Positions 21,576 through 33,300 of a stretch of DNA of 64,000 nt are shown here, in pieces. Where the stretch lies: the NCBI RefSeq assembly GCF_052425735.1, contig NC_135761.1:2108001-2172000 (forward strand). Direction: 5' to 3'. Below the pieces are notes generated by a model. That model made no database searches, had not been told where the DNA came from, and worked only from the letters and a program-made list of their open reading frames with translations. The DNA comes from Oculina patagonica. Its lineage: Eukaryota. Position numbers and translations under genes: made by a program. The number at the start of each line of letters is the position of its first letter. The stretch's first letter is position 1.

Positions 21576-24375
21576 TGGCAATTGTGAAGACATAAGTATT
21601 ATAGTGGAACGAGGAACTTTATATTATTGAGTTAAGTCATACGTGATTGTGGACTATAAATAACAGAGATTGGAGTTATGCGGGTGAATTGCAGCGATTG
21701 TCCATTTTATAATTCTAACTGTGATATCGGATGAAGGTTAGTCTAAATTCTTATTTCATATGTATTTTGTTCATTCATTGCTGCTGAGTCATCACGATTG
21801 GGAAGCAAGGCGTATTCTCTCCCGGTCACACTTTTCAAAGTAACGTTAAGAGTAAAAATGTTTCGTTTTTTATTTGCATAGCAATGTTGTACGTTTCAAA
21901 CATATAATTGTTTTCCGTGTGTTATTTTGATTGTAAACTGCTGATCCAAACGATTCCGCTTAAGCCCGGGATAAAAACGATGTTGACGAGATGCCATGCC
22001 ATGTGATGCATTTAGATTTTTGTTTACGATAGCAAAGTTATACCAGGCCGTGATATCAAGACAACACTCTTGGGCATTATTTTCTTTAAATAAGATGTAA
22101 ACTTCTTGCGCTTTTGTTTGTGATAAGCCATGTAAATAGCCGTGAAGAGCAAAAATCGTATAAACTTGTATGGGGAATTGTACATAATGTATACTTGAGA
22201 AATGGTCTGAAAACAAGTGTATTGAAACTAAATGATATGTTCTTGAATGAAGCAAAATTTGTCGAAATGTAAGCATTGTAATTCATTTACAAAGTTAACA
22301 GAGACATTACTTTTTTGGTCATTCGAGGGTTTAGTTTTTTTTATATTTGTTTGGCGTAGTGAATATTTAGTTTCTACATCGTTCTACATGTATATAAAAC
22401 TATATTTGTACATTTAAAGTCTTTATTTTTGAACGTCGCAAAACGCAATCCCACTAACTCAGTTGCAATTAAGCTTCCAAGTTTACAAACTGGGCAAATG
22501 AAAGTTAAGATAGTTACAAATAAGAAACGTATAACTACAGTTTTGAACACAAATTGCAACTTTGTTGTTTTGAATGTATTGTGTAAACCACGGGTTGAAA
22601 TTACACTAGGAATAATTTCAGGAGTTCTGTACAAAACTCTTGAGGACTTTTTGTAAATAAACTGAGAGCTCAACACTTGTGTGATGGCAATGTCTAGTAG
22701 CTTCTTAAAATATCGCACCCTAGCCCACTTAATTATAAGATAAGGTTAAGAGGAAATGACTGTGAACTTATAAGCAATGTCATATTAAGGGAAAACCACA
22801 AATTTAGAGTTGCTGGTGTTTACCAGTACTGATGCTGCCCGTTTAAGATATATCACTGCTTTTCGATGTATACATTTTGTGAAAACCGCAGGGGTATTTA
22901 AAACTCGAGGCTGGACTCTGACATGTCTTTCATCGAGCTGTTTACGATGTAACCTTCAAGTTATCCTTCTCTCAGTATTTAATTTGGCTTGCAGCTCTTG
23001 TAAAAAATTTTCTTCACAGCTAGTGCTCAACTTCAAGTTCCTTGACAACATCAAAATATTAGTGTTTAGCAGAGCTGAGTGTGGCAACGGTCAGATAAAC
23101 CGGAAGCTCTGTGATCACGTGGTTGTTTCTGATTTACCCTTTAAGGCCAAGGGCCAACATACACATCCCCCCTCCCCCTCCCCCACTGGCTTTAATATAT
23201 CAGATTGTATTAGTAAGGATAATTGTTTTAATAATTTAACAATTCCTAGTGACGATCTGCTGAATTCTCAACACGTTAAATACAATGAAATTTTTTTGTT
23301 GCTCACCCTTAGGCTTAAAGAGCTTTTGTCAGGTGAAAATATAAACTTAAAGGGCAGCCTTCAAATTTAATTTTTTGTTTTTTCTGTATTTAAAGGTGCT
23401 TACCTCTGTTAAAATAATTATTTATTCTACCTCTATTTCAACTTATAGGAATGTAACTGTAAAGGTGGCCATTCGAAATGCTAATATACTTAATAAATCA
23501 AAACACACATGTTTAGCCTGTCACCATGGACCTCCTCCTTTCTACAGGGCTGTCTTGGACACTTACAAATGTTTTCGAGCATGAATTTTGCTTACACTTG
23601 AAGTGAAGTTAGGGTCATGTATGGTTATTTAAAACCTATGAAGTAATTGATTCAAGGACCTCAACTTTATTTCCGCGTCTCGTGCGAAAGTTAAGCCAGT
23701 GGCAGTCTGTGGTTAGAAACCTATTTCCACTGACCAATCACAGCGTGCGCAGGTTAGACTTTCCACAAGGCCGCCGCAATCGAGCACTTTTTCCCCTTCG
23801 AGAACTTGTGATTTTGGCAATCCAACCGAAGATCCCGAAGAACAAGTGGCGCACGACGTCCGAAGAACGAAGGCCGAACCGAGGAACACGAAGACCTCGG
23901 CCCAAACAACACCGCCAGCGCTCCGATATCTCACGACTCAGTCAAAATCCTGTAGATAAGATGATGCACCCCAAAGGGAAATAGCAGAAGATAGAAGAGC
24001 GTTGGAGGGTGAGCCTATCAGAAGTGGAATGGATCAACTTGAGAACTTTGAGAAATACGGGCAACTTTGGGAAATCTCGAGCACTGTGGAAAGCCCTAGC
24101 GCAGGTGCATGCCAGCGAGGACGAAAGCAAGAACTGAAAAAAAGAAAAAAAAAGAAAAAATAACTGAGCGGCAACGACAATCGACATAAATATTTAAAAC
24201 AAATTACATAGAGGAAGACTTTCGTTTTAAACCTGTCGCTAGACCAATTTATAGAAAGTAACATATTATTTGAGCTTGATCACAAAAAGCCCGCCGATCG
24301 ATTGTCAGTAGGATTTCAAATTGTGGTTATTTTTCTGACAAGGCAGAAAGTTATGATTGCCTCATGGCGGCAGAA

Positions 24376-24499
24376 TTCTTGGAAGGCTTTTCGAAAATTC
24401 TAAGAACTTTATTATTAGGGGATTCCCCCCGAGCAATGAAAATGAAACTTTTCCTCCTGGGAGATTTGATTTGCTGGCAGGAAATTGGGGAAAACTCCC
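24376..24499 (+). promoter_or_regulatory. Maf copy 7 promoter: two GAS motifs, kB site, ISRE and a second kB-like site
   Basis: TTCTTGGAA 24376-24384; TTCTAAGAA 24398-24406; GGGGATTCCCC 24418-24428; GAAAATGAAACT 24438-24449; GGGGAAAACTCCC 24487-24499. Confidence 0.75.
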
Positions 24500-24583
24500 A
24501 CTAAAACACCGAGTCATTGTAGTTTTCGTGAAAAGCAACAGTCATTTGCAACACTGGATATTTTAACCTTTACTGACAATAAT

Positions 24584-25171
24584 ATGGAGGGAAATTTTGA
24601 CGACGTATTTGATTTGTATCTCACTGGCGAGGGGCAGCGCATTTTGGAACCTCCATGGACAGAACGAGCCAGTTTGTTCGAAAGAAACAATTATTGCAAC
24701 ACAGGTGCTATCGGTGAAGATCGCGATATCCAAGACCTTTTCGACGGTGAAACAACCAACAATTTGAAAGCAAATGACTCTTCATCTGAATCTGAAACCG
24801 AGAACTTGCTACCTCCTCGTGATGCTAAAGAAATAAGCGACAAAGAAATACAAGGTCTCCGCGTACAAGATCTTAACAAGCTTCTTCGGGACCTCCCGAG
24901 GGACGAGGCGGCAAAGATAAGAAAGAGGCGACGTAACTTGAAGAACCGAAGCTATGCCCTGACATGTCGCCTTCGGAAACAGCGAGAGCACGAAGATCTG
25001 ATGAACGAGAATACCTCATTGAAAAGACAACTGGAAGATGAAAGAAGAAAGCTGAGGAACGTGTGGAATGAGAAAGAAGAGTACAAAAGAAAATATGTAC
25101 AGTTGCAGAGGGCCTTTACTGTTTACAAGCAAAACAAGAAGACAGGTCTGAAGATGTCACCATGTCGCTAA
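24584..25171 (+). CDS. Maf: Maf-family bZIP transcription factor, copy 7 (subfamily A, diverged), single exon
   Basis: MEGNFDDVFDLYL...DRDIQDLFDGET...ISDKEIQGLRVQDLNKLLRDLP followed by RKRRRNLKNRSYALTCRLRK; ATG at 24584. Confidence 0.92.
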   Translation: MEGNFDDVFDLYLTGEGQRILEPPWTERASLFERNNYCNTGAIGEDRDIQDLFDGETTNNLKANDSSSESETENLLPPRDAKEISDKEIQGLRVQDLNKLLRDLPRDEAAKIRKRRRNLKNRSYALTCRLRKQREHEDLMNENTSLKRQLEDERRKLRNVWNEKEEYKRKYVQLQRAFTVYKQNKKTGLKMSPCR

Positions 25172-27345
25172 AGACTGTCCTGTATTCTGCAATGTATTCT
25201 TTACCTACACATTGACAGCTTACACAAAATTATACAGACTAAATACTTCCTGGTATATTTGCATTGGTAGGCGCTTTGGTTGCTTTACAATATACCAACC
25301 AAAACTTCAAGGTTTTTTAATTAACCGTTTTGCACAAGACTCGTTTATTTTCACGAATCAACTTCGCAAACCGATAGCAACCAGCAAGCAGTAATTAATC
25401 AAACAATTGTGAGCTCGATATAAACAAAAAAACAACGTACGTGTGTAATTTAAAGAAGCATCGTTTTTCTAATCAAAATGACACATTTATAACATAGATA
25501 AAAATATATATTTGTAAGAGAGAGAATGTATGATAATCTCGGTAGTAAGTAAGCAGTGCACAACCATCTCACTACATGTTCAATACTTATTTATTGTTTC
25601 GTACATTTTTAATTGACAGTAAGAGTCACAAAAACAGCAGCTTTAGGTTATGGTGGTTCGTGATGTTTTAACAGAGTGAGGGACGAACGTGAAAAAGGAA
25701 TTTGAATCGCTTTTTCGAACGCGAGCTACGCACACCGCAATATTTCAGGCTGTAAATATACTGTATAACACTCTCTATAAATAGCTCAGGGGATATTCTA
25801 AAAATTACGTAACGAAACCTGCTGCCAAAAATAGCTGTTTTTTAAGCCTGTAAATATCATGTATAAATCTAGAAAATGATGTAAAGCTCTAATATATATC
25901 CCAGTTACACCAAATGGAAGACGTATTAGTTAAAACAAGTTTATAAAAATAAAAATAAAAATAAAATAAAATATAGCCTGGGAAAATCGAAAGGCTGAAT
26001 ATGACGCAAGATCAGAAATAAGTTCCACTTTTTATCTCTCTTTTTATTATATCAAAACGTCTGTTTTAAGCTATTTGAGGCATGTTTAACTGTTCAGTTT
26101 TTAAATTACGGTGTCTTTCCTCGTTCGATATCTACACGACAAAAGCGAAATTATCGAGACATTTTCACTGTCATCTCTCTCAAAAAAAAAAGCGAAATGA
26201 CCAAGACAATTTCTTTTCTTTTTCTTTTCTTTTTGTTTTTTGTTTTTTGGCTTTTGATAATACCCTGGTCCGAGGGGTTTTCGAGTAACTAAAAAAAGAG
26301 AGAAAAAGAATAGAGAAAACCTCTGGAAAAAGAGTATTTTGGTTATTAGTTTACTCATCAAAAGTACTGTTATATAGTGAGCAGCACGCAGCAACGAATC
26401 CCAGGCTGAATTCATTTTAATTTTTCCCACTAGACCGATTTTAACAATTTTTAAAAACCTTTAAAATCAAGTTCTCTTAAGGGTACAGGCAACATTTTCT
26501 CGAAAATTAACGAAGGTCAATAGACAACACCCAACTCTCCCTCCCTCGTTCCCAATTGACACCCGTGTGTTGTCAGTGGTATACAGGTTGTCTAAGGATC
26601 CATATTGTCATGATTAATATTTAATAGTCTTCTTTCATTCTTGTCATCTAAAAATATAACAAAAAATCTATTAGTTGAACTTTAGATTATCCTTGTACAG
26701 TTTTCTGTCCCCTTGATTTGAACTCTCTGTTTCACAAACAAACATAAAGAATTCTCTCGCGCGACCAAACCACGCGAATAACAAGCAAAAGCAAAACGTG
26801 AACTTTTGGACTGAAAAGACGCGAATCAATGAAAGGTAAGATTTGCAGCTTTAAGATCATCTTTTGACTTATTCGAAGATTTGGATTGTTTCTTGTGGTG
26901 ATATATTGGCAATTTTCCATACAAAAAAGAAAACGTTTTTAAGCTCCGAATGTTTCTCGAACTATGAGATAGATTTACATGAAGTGATGACTCTATCGCT
27001 TGAGTGATATTATTTTATTCACCATACCCTTTGCAGTATTCCTCTCTTTTGTTATATAACACTGAAACGTACTTGAAGCAATAAAAATCACAAATTTATT
27101 GGTGAGCTGATCCTACTATACCATTAAAATCTGTAATACGATCACGGATCTTATTAAAAAGAAAACGATCTTGATTAGTTCCATTATCGGATAACTAGAA
27201 CAACTTGTTATGTTTTAGAGCCGTGTATTGGTATTGCCGTGTGGCCCTCGGCTATTACTCAGCCACAGTTTTCGATCACCTCCTTTCTTTATCTTGTTCC
27301 CCAGGAAATTGAAGCGAAGCATAAAACGTGAAGCATTGGATAGCC

Positions 27346-29623
27346 ATGCGAGGCACTGGCATTATTTTACTGGTGATTTTAGCGTCTTGTGTCACCTGTC
27401 AAGGTATTGATTTTGAAACTTGTGTTCAATTTGTGTTTACCGGCGGGTATGTCGACTACCTTCTCCGGGTTACCTTAGTAATCATCGAGCAATGTGCCAA
27501 AGATTAAAAGCCGTGGGAGAAAACCGGCTTTCGGTTTCGTTTTCTGTTTCTTTCGAATGAGAGGGTTCAACCAAAAACGTTTTTATTTTTAGCCCTGCCT
27601 CCGAGCCAATTTATACAGTCAGGTCGCCATGCCAACATGACTCATGGTCCTAACGACAAGCGGACTTCCAACCTGTCCATTGAACTGTCTGTGTCCTGAT
27701 TTTACGGTTGGACAGCAATAAATATTGGAATTTGTCAGTTCTCATGGCCATGAGAATTATTTTGCCAACTGCTTATAATATATCTTACATGTATACGCGG
27801 TAGTTGATTGCTCGCTAGTTTTAAACAGAACAGCTTGCAAGTGAAATTAAGGTTTATTCGCAGTTTATTTCTTAAGGAAGGCAGGAAGATATTTGTTGAC
27901 AAATGTAAATCTACATGTCACGCAAGTAACTTTAAGACGTTACACAATTGTACCGCTGTTAATTTGGACTCCTGGTTCTGTTTAGGGTTTAAACTCTGGT
28001 CGGCGTTTTCGAGTTGTGTTTTGCCTAGGGGAATTAAGTATTCTTCTATGATTTTGATACAATAGAAACAGGAATAGTGAATTGATTTACGCCTATACAA
28101 GCAACTAAGCTCAAACAAAACTGTGTAATAAGATAGAATCACCGTCTGAAAATGTCCCTCCAATTCTTTCTTAGAATATGTAGGATGCTATAAAGATTCC
28201 GACCCTAGGGATCTCCCGCAGCGGGTTCATAATCGGGAGGTGACGGTCAAGACCTGCACCAAGAGCTGTAAGGACCTGTTCTACAGATATGCCGGCCTAC
28301 AATTCTCGTATCTCTGTTTCTGTGGTAACAAGCGAGGAAGATACGGTCAGCTGCCCGACTGGAAGTGCTCGAGCGAGTGTACAAATAAAGAAGACAAGCA
28401 CTGTGGGGGATACTGGAGTAATTCCATCTACAGAACAGGTACAACATTATCAATTAGTATTATAGGCATGCAACGCGTGCAAAGGGTTATAGAGCTGTAC
28501 CCTTGCCTCTTCATACATCAGGTGCTAGTATTTATATAGTTAATACTGATTGTAATTATTATCAATGGTAGAATAATATAACCTACTCGACCATGGCTTG
28601 CCCTCGTAGAATGTACAATGTTTATATTCTATTTGTAATGTTAGTACATTTTTAAGCATACAACTGACTTGAGGCAAGAAAATCATCAACTAAGCAACAT
28701 TGTCTTAATACTGAAGCCGGCATGTACCATGACCATCCCGGCGTGATCCTGAGGGACTAACAAGAAAAAAAAAATTGGAATTTTTTTTTTTTCTTAATAA
28801 CGAGCGGGGGGGGGCCAGAGAGAGAGATTTTTATGTTACAACTTGAAATATTTTAACTGCTTTTAAATTAAAGTGATCGAGATTATTTTATTCGACGAAA
28901 TGTCACGAAAGTACCCAAAGACTTGAAGCGTTGCAATCTCTCTAAGAGAGTTAAAGTTGTTGCATTGTAAGCAAACGGAAGTGCTCTTGTTAGCACAAGA
29001 AGGAAAGATCTATTGTTAATTAGTTTTTATTGTCATTTATACAAAAATACAATTAAATGTTGTATTGCCTTGTTTTATTTGAAGGATATGATCCTCCAGG
29101 AGGCGTGAAGATCACTCCGTTACTAACAAAAGCATTGACTGATCTAAAACCACGAGTTAACGTTACAAAACACAAGGTAAACGGCTTGGAAATCCTATCT
29201 CTACGTGTTAAAGATATAAAAAAGCGCATATGTCGGATATATGCTCGTCATAAGGATAATGACGTAAAAGACAGTGCTTATTTGTCAAGAGCATGCTCGT
29301 GTTTATAATTCTGATTGAACTATAATATGACACGGCCCACACACGGAGCAGGGAGAGGTGGGGGGGGGGAGGGGGTGGGGGTTGGTCGAGGAGGAGGTTA
29401 TTACTCCTATCATCAGTTATAGATTATAATTACGTCGCATTCTAAATTAAATTGGATAAAATATGATAGGTTTGATTGCATTTGAAAATCTAGCGTGGAC
29501 ACAATCTGAAGAAATGTAACGCCAATTTTTAGTTTTCCTGATTTGGATGTATTAACAACATTTGAACTCTTGTTCCCATCTTATGTTTTGCAGGACCACA
29601 AAGCGGCGAAAAGTGATCACTAA
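27346..29623 (+). CDS. Small secreted WSC-domain protein, about 147 aa; exons 27346-27403, 28175-28438, 29085-29176, 29594-29623
   Basis: Signal peptide MRGTGIILLVILASCVTCQ; WSC domain YVGCYKD...[14 protein letters not shown]...CGGYWSNSIY; GT-AG junctions with consistent phases; AATAAA near 29738. The last exon is least certain. Confidence 0.8.
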
Positions 29624-29928
29624 GACTAAGAAGAAACACTTTCCCTCTTTAAAGAGTTTTAACTCTTTTTACTCGCTGGACAAGATTCTCGATTTCTCTT
29701 GATTGAAATCACTTATGTTTTCTCTTTTCCACAGTTTAATAAAAGTTTAATTTTGCAATATGTGTCTATGTGTACGTTTCTTGTGAAGAGGAGGAAAAAG
29801 ATGGAAGAAAACTTTTTACAAAGTTGTGCGTATTTCTTAGGGAATGGGTACCTCGTGATTGTCAGGGAGAATGAGAGAGAGCTTATAACGGTTACTTACT
29901 CATCCCTCCTTGCGAGACGAGGTCCCCT

Positions 29929-30319
29929 GTTTTATGTGTCAAATGAGTTTATGAGTCATGAGTCAATGAGTCAAGTTGATTATTACACAAAAATTAGTTA
30001 TTATCTATTGAACCATGGTTTCCCTTTATACGGAAAGCTTAGCAGCACTCTATTTTGCTTGCGGTTAATTAGCTCTACTTTGGTTTGCTTGCTTTTGGTT
30101 GCTCTCCAGTTTGCTTGCAGTAAGTTCCACTCCGGTTTGCTTGCAGTTAATTTCAATCAGGTTATCTTGCAGCTAATTCCACCCCGGTTTGCTTGCGGTT
30201 AGCTTTTATTTTTAGTAAGGGCAGAACTATTTTCAAATTAATAACTCTAATTTAAGATTTGACTCATTGACACATTGACTCATGACTCATGACTCATTGA
30301 CTCATTTGACTCATAAAAC
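29929..30319. mobile_element. Foldback/MITE-like element with TGAGTCA-rich inverted termini
   Basis: GTTTTATGTGTCAAATGAG...(ATGAGTC)n on the left and (GACTCAT)n...TTTGACTCATAAAAC on the right; internal TTGCTTGC(A/G)GT repeats. Confidence 0.65.
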
Positions 30320-33300
30320 CTTTACTCTATGCGAGAACTTCTAAAAACATATAAACATTCAGCTTTATTTTGTGTGTAGATGCCCAAAGCTGGTGTCACT
30401 GCTACGTAATTAATATTTTAGCAGTCGGAGAAGCTCGAAGCGTACTTTGGATGATTAAAACCCATAAATTAACTCGATTTTTTTGATAACTGAAAGGACC
30501 CATATTCGATTTGCAATATTCAATCTGTGTTATCGTTATTGCGGAAAATTGCGAATTTCATTCACCCTAACTTCACTCATTGGTTCAGTGTCAATCAGAA
30601 ACCTCATGAGTTCTGAGATCCTCGTGTAATGTTCTTATGTCCTTTAATACTACAATCTATTTTTACTGAGCGCAAAATTCATAACATCATTTTTCCCTGA
30701 TAAAAAAAGCGAAATTGGCAACATTTTGAGAATGACGAGCTCTATATTGTTGTAGAATTTTGGTTTCGCTGCATCTAAATGTTAAAGTTATTCGATGTCA
30801 ACCTCAAATTATTATCTAAATACCCAGTTTTATAAGGTATTTAGCCAAATTTGGTGACGAAAACCGCATCCTCAGTTAATTCTTAGAAACGTTATATTAC
30901 GATCCCAGCTGCATGAGTCGACTCCCCCATGAGACTTGTTCCCAGACTGTCAGATCAAAACGGCCCTGTCTTCTCGTTGAATGTCTGAGCCTGTAATTTT
31001 CGGGTACGGCAGGAAGGTTGCTTGGTAACAAGAGTATTGCTCAGGCGCGTAGCTGAAGTTTTTGTATGGGTGTTGTTTTTGAAGGAATTTTTTTTGGGGG
31101 GGGTTTTTTTTTGGCGGGGCGCGTTGGGGGGGGTTTTTTTTTAAAATCCCCCCCCCCTCCCTCTGCTGGTGGTACCTGCTTAAGTGCAAGTACTGGCACT
31201 AATTTCTGTTTGGACAATAAATGTTGCAAAATCGTAGGGAATCTTCCCGCGCTTGTAAACACGAAGATCAGTTATAAACACAAATCTAATACCCAGGGCA
31301 CCAAACAGACTAGACTGCCTTATTCATCCAACAGTAAAACAACCGGTCTAACTCTATTGTGTTATGTCATACAATGTTAATTTACCTTATTGTCTGAGAT
31401 TTACTCTTAAACTAAAACTTGAAAGAAGGGTTTGAGGAATTAACTTTTTTCTTTAATATGGTATTGTTAGACAAGTAACCGTTTTCAAATATATTAAATA
31501 ACCGTTTTTCTCTGGATGTTTTGCGTATTCTAACTTAAAGGTTAAATGGATACACTCGAGCAATTCAAATCAACTTTTCGTCCAGAAAGAGCAAGACTCA
31601 ACAAATATCCCATGACCCTATCACCTATAAAAAAAGGACGGATTTAAAAAGTTCAGCACGGCCATTAAATTCAAGCTAGGTTGTGGTTACAAAACGTGGA
31701 ATTAAGTTATGAAGAGCGAGAAAAAAAATCTGACACAACCAGATCCAGCACACATAAAAATATTCGCGTAAATTCAGTTTATACTACAAGCTTCAACCTA
31801 AGTGTCCTTTTGAGTAAAAAATGAAAACAAATGAACCAAAAGCATACCTAAACTTTTATCTACACGCTTTCTTCTTTTAAAAATACAAGGATCACTGATT
31901 TTATGTTGTTTGTTTTTAAGTGCATGATTTAACGGTTGGTTAACGTGACAATTTATGTGAAATCAAACCGAACGCTTCCTTGACAAGCGAACAATGTAAG
32001 TGTTAACCTCATTCAAACTACAAACAAATTTATTCAACCGTCACATGCAACTGAAGTTCTTTTGAAGCTTGTAGAGATACGGCTTTTGCCCCTTAAGTGG
32101 ATAAAAGGCGTCTTAATTACTTTGATTTTAGTGATAGACTAGCGGAGAAGCTAAAGAGAAGGGTAGACAAATCTTATATGAGTAAACTGTTTTATAACGT
32201 TGATGTGTTTTGAATATTGTCTGATTTCACGGCTCAAGGTTATGTTTGACGTAATATTTCTCAAACGGAAAATTTTAACAATAATAATAATAAAAGCTCA
32301 GAAAAGAAAAATTAGGTAATACTGATTTATATTTTTAAGGTATTGACTTCAACTGTTTTTGTTGATCTTACAGAGATAGTACATATAGTCCGTTAGTTTT
32401 TCAATCTGACATTGATTTGAAATTAAAAAACAAAATATGTCAGTGGAATAGAAAAGGTTTTATTGTTTGCATATTACTTGTGTTATTTCCATTGTTTTTG
32501 TTAACTCCTATACAAAGTCGGTGGAGCAGGTCTTTCTTACATGGTTGTAAAGTTTTCACTGGTCAGGCAAGTGAATGTTTAATTTGGTCCTGCGTAAAAA
32601 TGGCCAGTACGTTCTTCTGAGAGATCATTAATATTGAATTTCTTTTGTTACAAGAAAAAAAATCCATGGAAGCGAAGTCCTCGATGAGGAACAAACCAGG
32701 GAGAAATATAGCTGATTTCAAATGACTTGATTAACGAAATCAGTGGAAAAGTAGCGTTCCAAACCTTTGGATTGTGTTAGATCGAAACTTATGCTTTTCT
32801 GAACAGGGGAGGTAAGTCAAAATTCAGTGTTTATAGTTGCAATCTATTGTCTACTAAGTCAGAATCAAAAAGTTCGATACGGGCAAAAGAAACTGACCTA
32901 TAGATTAACGTAATTCCCGGTTAGCCATAAACTTTCCGATTCAATTAAATGAGAACGAACTGTGAACGAGAATAAAACGTTGTTTCTGAGCAAAAGACCG
33001 ACGTCAACTTATGATTACAACTAGCGTTTGTCAACAATTCTCCAACTGAAGATATTTCGTAAAGTATAAATAACCAGTTAAGGTAAACTCTCGGAAAAGA
33101 GTTAAATTCAAAATTATTATCGAACATTGATCATCGATCATTTTAATTTAATGAAGATATAAAAATTTTCGATAAAATAAAAAAGTCAAAGTTGACTCTG
33201 GGACCCCTTCTTCGACATTTCTCCTTGCTTTTCCACCTGCAGTAGGGTCCGCCATTTTGTTTTTGAGGTTGTAGGATTTATAAGTAGCCTCTATACTTTT

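Noticed and set aside
22810-23370. 186-aa ORF
   Set aside because: Non-ATG start, no recognisable motif, composition typical of AT-rich noncoding DNA.
23682-24180. Possible further Maf relic (SLSEVEWINLR and ACQRGRKQE fragments, CCAAT at about 23734)
   Set aside because: Similarity is too short and split across frames, with no kB palindrome or NRGYA; cannot be supported without a profile search.
29699-30202. 167-aa ORF
   Set aside because: Runs through a 3' UTR and a repeat element; no domain.
31066-31165. G/T/C homopolymer patch as a functional G4 or coding segment
   Set aside because: Looks like low-quality homopolymer-inflated sequence, as at 6090-6460.
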